A DNA stretch of 64,000 nt from Alphaproteobacteria bacterium (lineage in GTDB: Bacteria; Pseudomonadota; Alphaproteobacteria; JAJTHO01; CANGXP01): contig CANGXP010000003.1 of assembly GCA_947457935.1 (NCBI GenBank), positions 29,256 through 93,255 of the forward strand, in the 5' to 3' direction. The stretch's first letter is position 1. The number at the start of each line of letters is the position of its first letter. Shown one piece after another: positions 47,007 through 54,793 of this stretch. The translations under genes and the position numbers were made by a program. The notes beneath the pieces were generated by a model, which saw only the letters and a program-made list of their open reading frames with translations, had not been told where the DNA came from and did no database searches.

Positions 47007-47074
47007 TATTTACAGCTTTATGTAAATTTAGTACACCAATCCTCATGAAAATTAACGATTCCGCCGCGGGTCGC
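47007..47074 (+). repeat. direct repeat copy 1 (duplicated holA promoter/start segment)
   Basis: 47-bp perfect match (tgtaaatttagtacaccaatcctcatgaaaattaacgattccgccgc) plus imperfect flanks to 48398-48465. Contains the ATG and first 9 codons of holA. Confidence 0.85.
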
Positions 47075-47107
47075 TGTATTCAAGCTGTAAATTCTATCGT
47101 TTTATAA
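47045..47107 (+). pseudogene. 20-codon remnant of the holA 5' end (MKINDSAAG...), duplicated
   Basis: Identical to the first 9 codons of holA at 48436, then diverges to a stop after 20 codons. Confidence 0.6.
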
Positions 47108-47120
47108 CAAATGATGGCGT

Positions 47121-47184
47121 AGTATAGTTAAGTATAGTTAAGTATAGTTAAGTATAGCGTGTTATAGTATAGTTAGACTATACT
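47121..47184 (+). repeat. iteron-like tandem repeats (AGTATAGTTA x3 plus degenerate copies) ending in inverted repeat AGTATAGttagaCTATACT
   Basis: Directly visible in the sequence; lies 20-80 bp upstream of the ATPase gene start. Confidence 0.8.
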
Positions 47185-47204
47185 CGTATAAAAAGGATAT
47201 ACTT

Positions 47205-48377
47205 ATGGATCCCGTACGCAATCCCTTTGCTCCTGGTGCTGGCAATCCCCCGCCTGAATTGGCAGGGCGAGACTCTATCTTACACGCAGCAGACATTGCG
47301 TTGCAGCGTATTTTGCTGGGCAGACACAGTAAATCCCAAATTCTCTTGGGTTTACGCGGCGTTGGAAAGACAGTTCTTCTCAGAAAATTGGAAGCAATGG
47401 CGCAAGGGCATGGGTATCAGACCTCATTCATTGAGGCACCTGAGAATAAATCCCTTGTGGAACTCCTCTATCCCAAGATTCATCAAGTGCTTCGTAAGTT
47501 ATCGAGCATTGAAAATGCAAAAATGATGAGTCTTAATGCAATGAGAACACTGCGTTCTTTTGCAAAAACATTCAAAATCTCTATCGAAGATATTTCTATT
47601 TCGGTTGATCCTGAAATAGGGAGTGCTGATAGCGGCATATTAGAATATGATCTCAGCGAGCTTTTTATTCGTGTGGGAGAAACAGCAAAAGCAGCTGGCA
47701 AAGGCTGGTGTCTTTTTATTGATGAAGTACAATATCTTTCCAAAGAAGAGCTATCAGCCCTTATAGTTGGCATTCATCACAGTAATCAGAAAAGCCTTCC
47801 TATTATGTTTTTTGGCGCCGGTTTGCCACAAGTTGCGGCGTTATCGGGAGACGCTAAGTCGTATGCAGAGAGGCTTTTTGATTATCCGCCTGTTGGTGCG
47901 CTTGATGCTGCCGCCGCTGTTGCTGCAATTAAACAACCTATTTTAGAGGAAGAAGAGCGTATTACAGAGGAAGCACTCGTCAGCATCATCGAAAAAACCA
48001 AAGGATACCCCTTTTTCTTACAAGAATGGGGTTTCCAAGTTTGGAATATTGCTGATCAATCGCCCATTAGTCCGCAAGATGTTGAACAAGCCACGCCCAT
48101 TGCCTTAAACAGGCTAGACGATAGTTTTTTTCGTGTACGATTTGAGCGATTAACTCCCAAGGAACGTGACTATGTTTGCGCAATGGCGCGGCTGGGGAAA
48201 GGCCCTTATCGCTCCGCAGATGTTGCTGATATAATGGGAGAAAATATACAGAAACTAGGTTCTTGCCGTTCACAGATTATCAATAAAGGGATGATTTACA
48301 GCCCCTCACACGGAGACATCGCTTTCACTGTTCCGCTGTTTGAGGAGTATTTGATGCGTACGCATGGAATAAAGTAG
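47205..48377 (+). CDS. STAND/AAA+ superfamily ATPase with C-terminal winged-helix-like region (archaeal-ATPase/COG1672-like)
   Basis: N-terminal NPFAPGAGNPPPELAGRDS motif (NPFxPGxP...GR), Walker A GLRGVGKT, Walker B LFIDEVQ, and GYPFFLQ downstream. 390 aa. Confidence 0.7.
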   Translation: MDPVRNPFAPGAGNPPPELAGRDSILHAADIALQRILLGRHSKSQILLGLRGVGKTVLLRKLEAMAQGHGYQTSFIEAPENKSLVELLYPKIHQVLRKLSSIENAKMMSLNAMRTLRSFAKTFKISIEDISISVDPEIGSADSGILEYDLSELFIRVGETAKAAGKGWCLFIDEVQYLSKEELSALIVGIHHSNQKSLPIMFFGAGLPQVAALSGDAKSYAERLFDYPPVGALDAAAAVAAIKQPILEEEERITEEALVSIIEKTKGYPFFLQEWGFQVWNIADQSPISPQDVEQATPIALNRLDDSFFRVRFERLTPKERDYVCAMARLGKGPYRSADVADIMGENIQKLGSCRSQIINKGMIYSPSHGDIAFTVPLFEEYLMRTHGIK

Positions 48378-48397
48378 CTTGAGAAGACACTCTTTAA

Positions 48398-48465
48398 CAT
48401 TTACGCTTTTCTGTAAATTTAGTACACCAATCCTCATGAAAATTAACGATTCCGCCGCTGGTCGC
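48398..48465 (+). repeat. direct repeat copy 2 (native holA start region)
   Basis: Matches 47007-47074. Confidence 0.85.
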
Positions 48466-49443
48466 CATGCCCAAGCCCTGCCAAAAGAGGTGCACTCTGT
48501 GTTGGTGTTTGGCTATGATGAGGCACAAATTCGTAATCGGGTGCAGCAGCTCACGCAACAGGTGTGCGCGGATGTGAACGATGCGTTTGCGGTGGAGACA
48601 TTGACCCCTGCTACGCTGAAAGACAATGAGGCGGCGTTGGCAACAGCGGTGTTGTCGCCCTCGCTGATGGGCGGGAAAAGAGTGGTGCGGGTGTTGGACG
48701 CAACCGATAAGCTTACCGCCACGCTCAAGGATTTACTGCCAAAGTTACCCGATGCCGACTGTTTGCTGATACTTTCTGCGGGAGAGCTGCCGAAAAATTC
48801 CTCTTTAAGACTGCTCTATGAGAATCACGCAACGTATTTGGGCTGGATTTGCTATAAGGAGGAAGGGGCAGCGTTGCAACGGGTGCTGCAAGAAGCACTC
48901 CAAGCAAAAGGGTTGACCTTGCCTGTTCCCGCGCAACAATATCTGCTCAGCGCCATCGACAATGAGCGCGGATTGCTTGCAGCTGAGGTGGAAAAATTGT
49001 TGCTGTATGCCTATCCCAGAACCGCCTTAACCCTAGAGGATGTAATTGCTAGCGTTGCAAGTGTTATGCAGTCTAGCATTGATGCGTTTTGCTTTGCGGT
49101 GCTGGAGAAAAAACGGGGGGCGATTCAGGCAGAATATGACAAGGCGGTTTTTGAAGGGGTGAATGAGATTGTGCTGCTGCGTGCCTTGCAAAATTTTGTC
49201 GGGCGATTGTTGCAGGTGAAAGCCCTGCAGCAAGAGGGGAAAACGCTGGCAATAGCGATGAAAATCTTAAAGCCGCCTGTGTTTTTTAAAGTGGAACAAC
49301 GTTTTGGTAAGTTGGTGCAAGAGTGTTCAGAAGAGCGGCTGAATACGCTTCTAGGGCTGTTTTTAGAGCTAGAAGTGACCGCCAAACGGGGACATGGCAT
49401 TGGCGAATTATTGGTGCAGCGGGCGTTGTTGCGCGGCGCATAG
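48436..49443 (+). CDS. holA: DNA polymerase III delta subunit
   Basis: 336 aa from MKINDSAAG. VLVFGYDEAQ with delta-subunit helical domains. Last member of the conserved leuS-lptE-holA arrangement. Confidence 0.75.
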   Translation: MKINDSAAGRHAQALPKEVHSVLVFGYDEAQIRNRVQQLTQQVCADVNDAFAVETLTPATLKDNEAALATAVLSPSLMGGKRVVRVLDATDKLTATLKDLLPKLPDADCLLILSAGELPKNSSLRLLYENHATYLGWICYKEEGAALQRVLQEALQAKGLTLPVPAQQYLLSAIDNERGLLAAEVEKLLLYAYPRTALTLEDVIASVASVMQSSIDAFCFAVLEKKRGAIQAEYDKAVFEGVNEIVLLRALQNFVGRLLQVKALQQEGKTLAIAMKILKPPVFFKVEQRFGKLVQECSEERLNTLLGLFLELEVTAKRGHGIGELLVQRALLRGA

Positions 49444-49505
49444 AAATGAAGAAAATCGACTGAAACGCCCTGAAACTGCGGCTTTCCGCTTGCGCAAAAA
49501 ATAAT

Positions 49506-49960
49506 GCGTTTTGCGTGGGTGTTTTGTAAAAAATACCATTGTAAATCAATGTGTTGTGATTTTATGATTGAGGTGATTATCGGCTAAAACCCGCACAAAT
49601 CAATCGTTTCAAGCCAACTTGAAAAAACGACTTTGAAAAACAGTGTTTGTGTGAAAAATAAAATCGTTATAAATCAATATGTTGCAAGAAAATTTTTGCA
49701 CAAATAATCGGCTGAGAACAAGGAAAAAGGCGGCTTTCAAGTCATCCTGTGTAGTGGATGTTTTTTTGTAAGTATGGCGTGTGAAAATAATATTGTTGCA
49801 TATCAATAAGTTAGTTTGTTTTTGGATGCGCAAAAAATCGGCTGAAACCCGCTATTTTCCTTGGGTACAGGGCAAGTTTTGGGTGTAAAATTGGAGAAAG
49901 GGGTGTGTGGCGCAAGAAATACTTTTATTTTGTGTAAAAATTATTTGATTCCGTCTTGAG
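49506..49960. repeat. about 3.5 degenerate tandem copies of a ~130-bp unit in an AT-rich 690-bp intergenic region
   Basis: Recurring motifs GTG(T)GAAAAATA, ATTGT(A/T), A(A/T)ATCAAT(G/A)TGTTG and (T/A)ATCGGCTGA(A/G)AAC(C)CGC at roughly 130-bp phase (49517, 49650, 49780, 49905). Confidence 0.6.
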
Positions 49961-50133
49961 CGGGCGCATGTATTTTTCATACTCAAGGAGTCCGAAACGC
50001 CGTTGGCAGTCCCGTATATTTAATTATGCAATTGTCAATAATTTCGCGCTAATTGCAAGAAGATGGGAAGCTTCCATCCTCTCCCATGTCATCGCAACAC
50101 AGAGTGTTACGAGACACGAGGAGGGTGAGAAGC

Positions 50134-50733
50134 CTAGGGGCAGTTAGGAATTATTTCCTTAACTTCCGCTATAATGACGGGTGGGTTTTTAGTCCCGTCT
50201 AAAGAGCGAACAGTCTGCTCGTAAAAACGACCTTGTAAGTCGAAAAACACGTTGCTAGATGTGTCTTGGGCAGGGAATGCGCCCACATTGCGTGCTCGAG
50301 CAATCGTGAACAGTTCATTCCCATTTTTAGTGGCAAGCGTCACTAAAGAAAGATGGTCTGGCAAAGATTTCACCGAAATGGTCACGGCACCAGACAAGTC
50401 TAGTCTTGCAACAAGAGTGGTTGGGCAAGATTTATATCTTGTACCGTCCACTTTTAGCGCGCGACCAGTATTCGATCCATAGACGGACTTGGGAGTTCCA
50501 AGCCCTTCAAATCGAAACCAAAGAGCTGCTCGTTTTTCTTGAGACCCATCGATAGTGACTTCACCATCGATTATGTTGATACCAACTAATGGCTTGATAG
50601 CCTTGTCTCCAATCGTTCCCGAAATGGGATCGTTTTTAACATCATCTACAGACACGGGTCTGGCAGATACGGCAGGAACGAAAGCAACCAGAGCTAGAGC
50701 AAGAGCAAGATAAAAAAGAGCTTTGATGTTCAT
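50134..50733 (-). CDS. hypothetical secreted protein (signal peptide)
   Basis: Starts MNIKALFYLALALALVAFVPAVSA, followed by a ~175-aa beta-rich mature domain with no recognised family. Start placed at MNIKAL (50733). Confidence 0.5.
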   Translation of the reverse strand: MNIKALFYLALALALVAFVPAVSARPVSVDDVKNDPISGTIGDKAIKPLVGINIIDGEVTIDGSQEKRAALWFRFEGLGTPKSVYGSNTGRALKVDGTRYKSCPTTLVARLDLSGAVTISVKSLPDHLSLVTLATKNGNELFTIARARNVGAFPAQDTSSNVFFDLQGRFYEQTVRSLDGTKNPPVIIAEVKEIIPNCP

Positions 50734-50770
50734 TGTATTTGACGCGTAGCGAAGTGAGTAATTCAACTTA

Positions 50771-50786
50771 ATATATATATATATAT
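50771..50786. repeat. (AT)8 dinucleotide microsatellite in promoter region
   Basis: atatatatatatatat lies 40-55 bp upstream of the secreted-protein gene start, on the minus strand. Confidence 0.8.
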
Positions 50787-51038
50787 TAGTCAAGAATTTA
50801 ATTTATTATTTATGTATGGCTTGCGCGGAACGATGACGCTGCGTGTCTTTGCCTTGTAAAGGATAACCCATAAGCATTGTAAGGGTGGATACCCGACACC
50901 GTGCTTTTGCAAGGCAAATCCCCCAAAAGTAGAGGGATTTGGCAAAATCAGGTTCGAGTATGACACACGCGGAGAGTTGTAAAGACGAGGCGTTGCTTTT
51001 CAAGAAATTAACAGCCGTATTACGGGCTGACGAGCTTA

Positions 51039-51320
51039 CCAGACCCCGTCATGCGACGGGGTGACGGTTATACCACGGACGTCGCCCCGTGCTTGTCACG
51101 GGGTCTGGTTTTTAGATAAACGTGGTGCAGTATAGTGCCAGACCCCGTCATGAAGACGGGGTGACGATTGTATCAATGAAAGTCTATCCAGACCCCGCAC
51201 TTCCCCTCCTTTTAGTCGGGGTAGCGGAGTGACGTTCGGTGGTGATTGAAAGAATTACCAGACCCCGTGACAAGCACGGGGCGACGGACTTTGGTATCGT
51301 CCGTCACCCCATGACAAGCG
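51039..51320. repeat. cluster of 5-6 REP-like palindromic units (CCAGACCCCGT-N7-ACGGGGTGACGG), one pair in inverted BIME-like orientation
   Basis: Units at 51039-51067, 51081-51108 (inverted), 51138-51166, 51188-51226 (degenerate), 51258-51286, and a partial one at 51301-51320, at irregular spacing of 50-100 bp. Confidence 0.75.
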
Positions 51321-51341
51321 CAGAAAGAACTTTTATCATCC

Positions 51342-54300
51342 CTACTTCCACACCGCGGCAATAATCCCGTCAAGCGCGGCACTCACATTAGTAGGGATAA
51401 CATCAGTTCTTGCAGGCGGCGTTGCGCCAAACGCACTCATGGCAGTAACAAGCTGTTGCACATTACTTGCCGCAAGTGTTTTGCCATCGGCAAGAGTGAA
51501 GGCATCAATACGACTGTTTACATCAGTGTACCAATTTTTCACCACCACAGCGTCGCTCGTTCCCACAATCGAAATTTTTAGGTCTTTATTCGCCTGAGTG
51601 AACCACAATTCTTTTGCATCGGTAACATTGGTGAGTTGTAGGGTATCCGTCGTTGTTAAGGAAGCGTCACTTTTTGTATTGACGATGGTATCTTGGTCAT
51701 AGCCCTTGCCAAAATTATAGGTAACGTCGCCTGCATCACCGTATAATGTGTCGTTTCCTGCACCGCCATCAAGTGTTGTACCGTTGCTAGAAGGCGCAAA
51801 AGGCAAGGTGACAGCGGCGGCGAGAGCAGGCTCTGGAGCAGTTGCAGCGGGTGCAAGTGTTTTCGCACCTACAGTGCTAGGCACATTAAACACGAGTTGA
51901 CTTCTGCCAAACAAGAAATTTACGCCTGTGCGGAGCAACCCGCTTTGGCTGGTGACAACGCCCGTTCTGCCGTTGGTTGTTTCAACACGCGCTGACTTAT
52001 TATCAAGCACTGTGCCGTTGACAGAGACACTACCCACATAAAGATTGCGGTCTTTACCTTTGCCGCCCCATAAATCGTTCGTGAACTCAATTTGAACGCG
52101 GGAAGACGGTTTAATACCGAAATCACCTTTGAGGGTGAATTCTTGCATGTCCGTTTTACCGTAAATGCTATTGACAGCGGTTGCGCCTTGAATTTGCTTG
52201 CCGTCTACCAACACACGGAATTCAGGCTTGCCCTTGTAATGGTCACCAGAGAGTTTGATAACAAGCGTATCAATGCTTGGCAGTGGTGGGGGTGGGGGGG
52301 GTACGCCACCGCCATCGGTAGGGGGCGTGACACTATTTTGTTCGCCGTTGGCATAAAGAGTGTCATTACCGCCGCCGCCATAAAGACTGTTATTGCCCGC
52401 ACCACCTTTAAGAACATCGTTACCGCTGTTGCCGTTATCAAGTGCGAAGCTCAGCGCACCATTTTCATAGAGGCGATATTGCCCCAGTTGTGCGCCAAAA
52501 CGCTTCATGTTATAGACGGCTTCTGTGCCTGCAAGGGGGAGTCCGTTAATAGCAACAGAATCCAGCCACAAGTTTCTGTCTTGGCGGGTTGCGTTGACGT
52601 ATTCATCATTCAAATATTCAACATCTAGTTTGCCCGCTAACACAGGCGTATCAAGGTTGAAGGTGAAGGTTTGCCGCTGTCCTTTGCTGTATTCAGCGGA
52701 GACTGTTTGCACAGCCCCGACTTGCTTGCCGTCTAACAACAAACGGAATTGCGCGTTGCCGTTGATGGTTGCATCGCCAGAGGCTTTAATCGTGATGCTG
52801 CTAATGGGCACACCATCTCCATAAAGGATATCATCGCCTGTGCCGCCATAAAGTTTGTCATCCCCACTGCCGCCCACGAGCGCGTCATTGCCTCTGCCAC
52901 CATAGAGGGTGTCGTTTCCTTGGTCGCCGAAGAGTGTATCATTGTCAGAAAGGGGTTTTGTGGTGGTTGCCGCTTGCTGTTGAAAGAGAGTATCCGCAAT
53001 CGGCAACTCTGTTTTTAGGTCTCCGTAGAGTGTATCATCGCCTTTGCCACCAAGAAGCAAATCATTGCCTAAGCCGCCGATGAGCAAATCATTGCCATCG
53101 CGTCCCGCCAACATATCATCGCCGATTTTCGCATCGAGCAGCTTTTGCTTCTCTGCGGTGGAAAGGGCGGCATTGTTGAGAATGCTGTTGAGTTCTGTCT
53201 CTGTTACAGCATCCCCTGTAAGAGAATCATTGCCTTGCAGCCCGTTGATAACATCGTCCCGTCCTGTGCCTGTAATGGAGAATGCGGTATCAAGGGCGGT
53301 ATGACGGTCTGCAATGGTGTTGTTGGTGTTGGTAAAAGTACCTGCCACGCCATCAAAACTAATAGGGATGCGGGTGCCCAAAATTTGGTTGTCTCGCGCT
53401 ATAACATTGCTGGGTGCAACCACAAAACCGGGGAAAGGGTTAACGCGAATACCATATTCATGTTTGTAGGCGGGGATAAAGTCAGCAGCAATCCCTTCAT
53501 TACCAAGAATAGTATTGCCTTCAATCACCGCGCCATTGGTGCTTTGCACAACAATATAGCCGCTACCATCACCACGCCAGTTTTGATAGCCTTGCACAGT
53601 GTTGTCTTTAATAACAACATCATAGACGGTTTGCGAGGGGTTTGCGAATTTGTTGACGGGGTGGAATTTAATTGCGTCTTTACCAAAATCTTTGACAAAA
53701 TTGTTGTTGATGACAACGTGATTTTGGTCTTCTATTTTAATACCGCCGCCGTTGACGTTTTTAATGGTGTTAAACTCAATAATCGCGCCACTGTGCGGCG
53801 GTTCTAAAGAAGAATCGCCCCCTGTTGCAGTACCTGTAACCAAAATACCTGCAGTGCCCATGGTGGCACGCGTGCCGTTTATGGCGGTGCCTAAGCCTTT
53901 ATCGCCATCGCCGATGATGGTGTTGTGTCCCGCATAAATGTTTTCAGCGCGTTTGAATTCAATCCCGCCATGCTGCCAGCTTGTAAGCGTGTTACCGATA
54001 GCACTGGGATTGTCTGTTTCAATAAACGCCATTGCGTTGCCCACCGTGTTGCTGATGGTGTTGCTGCTGGCTGTAACGGTGTCACTGTTGGTAAAACGAA
54101 TGCCGTGAATATAGGTATATTTTGCGGGTAGATTGGCTTGATTGCCGTCAATGTTGAGACCATTAACGGTCACATTGCGGGCGTTGTTAAAATCAAGCAT
54201 CCCTTCAATAGGGAGCATAGGTTTATAGGTTGTGGCGGCTTTAATGGTCGCACCAAGTCCTGTTACCGTTTGGTTTTGCCAGCCCTCAAAGGTGAGGCGA

Positions 54301-54473
54301 CCGCTAATAGTATAAGTGCCACTGGAGAAATTTAAGCTTAGGTTGTTGGCGGCTGCGTGTTTAATGGCAGCTTGAATGGCTTTGGTATCATCAACAATAC
54401 CATTACCAACAGCACCAAAGGCTTTGACATCAAGAATATTTCCAGCATTGCTGGCAGGCAGAACTGTACTCAT
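51342..54473 (-). CDS. large secreted RTX-repeat protein with N-terminal right-handed parallel beta-helix (pectate-lyase/AlgE A-module-like) and two ~90-aa internal duplicated domains
   Basis: 1043 aa. N-terminal beta-helix repeats (NGLNIDGNQ..., IGDGDKGLGTAINGTRAT). Multiple GGxGxDxUx nonapeptides (GGLGNDLLLGGKGDDTLYGD, GGRGNDALVGGSGDDKLYGGTGDDILYGDG, GGAGNNSLYGGGGNDTLY, GGAGNDTLYGDAG). Duplicated modules (ITIKASGDATINGNAQFRLLLDGKQVGAV... and LVIKLSGDHYKGKPEFRVLVDGKQIQGA...). No N-terminal signal peptide, consistent with type I secretion. Confidence 0.8.
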   Translation of the reverse strand: MSTVLPASNAGNILDVKAFGAVGNGIVDDTKAIQAAIKHAAANNLSLNFSSGTYTISGRLTFEGWQNQTVTGLGATIKAATTYKPMLPIEGMLDFNNARNVTVNGLNIDGNQANLPAKYTYIHGIRFTNSDTVTASSNTISNTVGNAMAFIETDNPSAIGNTLTSWQHGGIEFKRAENIYAGHNTIIGDGDKGLGTAINGTRATMGTAGILVTGTATGGDSSLEPPHSGAIIEFNTIKNVNGGGIKIEDQNHVVINNNFVKDFGKDAIKFHPVNKFANPSQTVYDVVIKDNTVQGYQNWRGDGSGYIVVQSTNGAVIEGNTILGNEGIAADFIPAYKHEYGIRVNPFPGFVVAPSNVIARDNQILGTRIPISFDGVAGTFTNTNNTIADRHTALDTAFSITGTGRDDVINGLQGNDSLTGDAVTETELNSILNNAALSTAEKQKLLDAKIGDDMLAGRDGNDLLIGGLGNDLLLGGKGDDTLYGDLKTELPIADTLFQQQAATTTKPLSDNDTLFGDQGNDTLYGGRGNDALVGGSGDDKLYGGTGDDILYGDGVPISSITIKASGDATINGNAQFRLLLDGKQVGAVQTVSAEYSKGQRQTFTFNLDTPVLAGKLDVEYLNDEYVNATRQDRNLWLDSVAINGLPLAGTEAVYNMKRFGAQLGQYRLYENGALSFALDNGNSGNDVLKGGAGNNSLYGGGGNDTLYANGEQNSVTPPTDGGGVPPPPPPLPSIDTLVIKLSGDHYKGKPEFRVLVDGKQIQGATAVNSIYGKTDMQEFTLKGDFGIKPSSRVQIEFTNDLWGGKGKDRNLYVGSVSVNGTVLDNKSARVETTNGRTGVVTSQSGLLRTGVNFLFGRSQLVFNVPSTVGAKTLAPAATAPEPALAAAVTLPFAPSSNGTTLDGGAGNDTLYGDAGDVTYNFGKGYDQDTIVNTKSDASLTTTDTLQLTNVTDAKELWFTQANKDLKISIVGTSDAVVVKNWYTDVNSRIDAFTLADGKTLAASNVQQLVTAMSAFGATPPARTDVIPTNVSAALDGIIAAVWK

Positions 54474-54793
54474 ACAATTACCTCAATATGTTTTTAAATA
54501 AAAAATAAAAAATATTTTGCAAGTTATCTCTGCTATGCAGAAACTCCGAGGGGCGGAGTAAGGGAGAGCAATATTTTGTCTAGCTATATATCTCATTAAA
54601 CAGGATATTTCTTAACAAACAGATAAGGGAAATCACTTCAGGGAGATTTTTTAGAGTTATTATTAATCAAAATCCTCCAACTGAATGCAGAAGATAGGTT
54701 TTCTCTTCCATCGTGCATTTGCTTATTGAGCAGAAAATGAGTCGTGTTAAAAAACACAACTGTAAATCTTTATTTTATTGCGTATAAGACTGT

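Noticed and set aside
49444-50133. Chromosomal replication origin (AT-rich, repeated motifs near holA/dnaN)
   Set aside because: No consensus DnaA boxes (TTATCCACA) or clear CtrA sites were found by eye. dnaN lies 39 kb away without dnaA. Alphaproteobacterial origins usually sit near hemE. Kept only as a speculative alternative in the repeat finding.
51039-51320. Possible CRISPR array (repeated ~29-bp units with intervening sequence)
   Set aside because: Units are themselves palindromic and vary in their loops. Spacing is irregular (50-100 bp). One unit is inverted. No cas genes or leader are present. This fits a REP/BIME cluster better.
52092-53807. Multiple plus-strand ORFs (178 aa, 220 aa and others) inside the RTX gene
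   Set aside because: Antisense to the long, motif-rich RTX CDS. The repetitive Gly/Asp codons generate open antisense frames.
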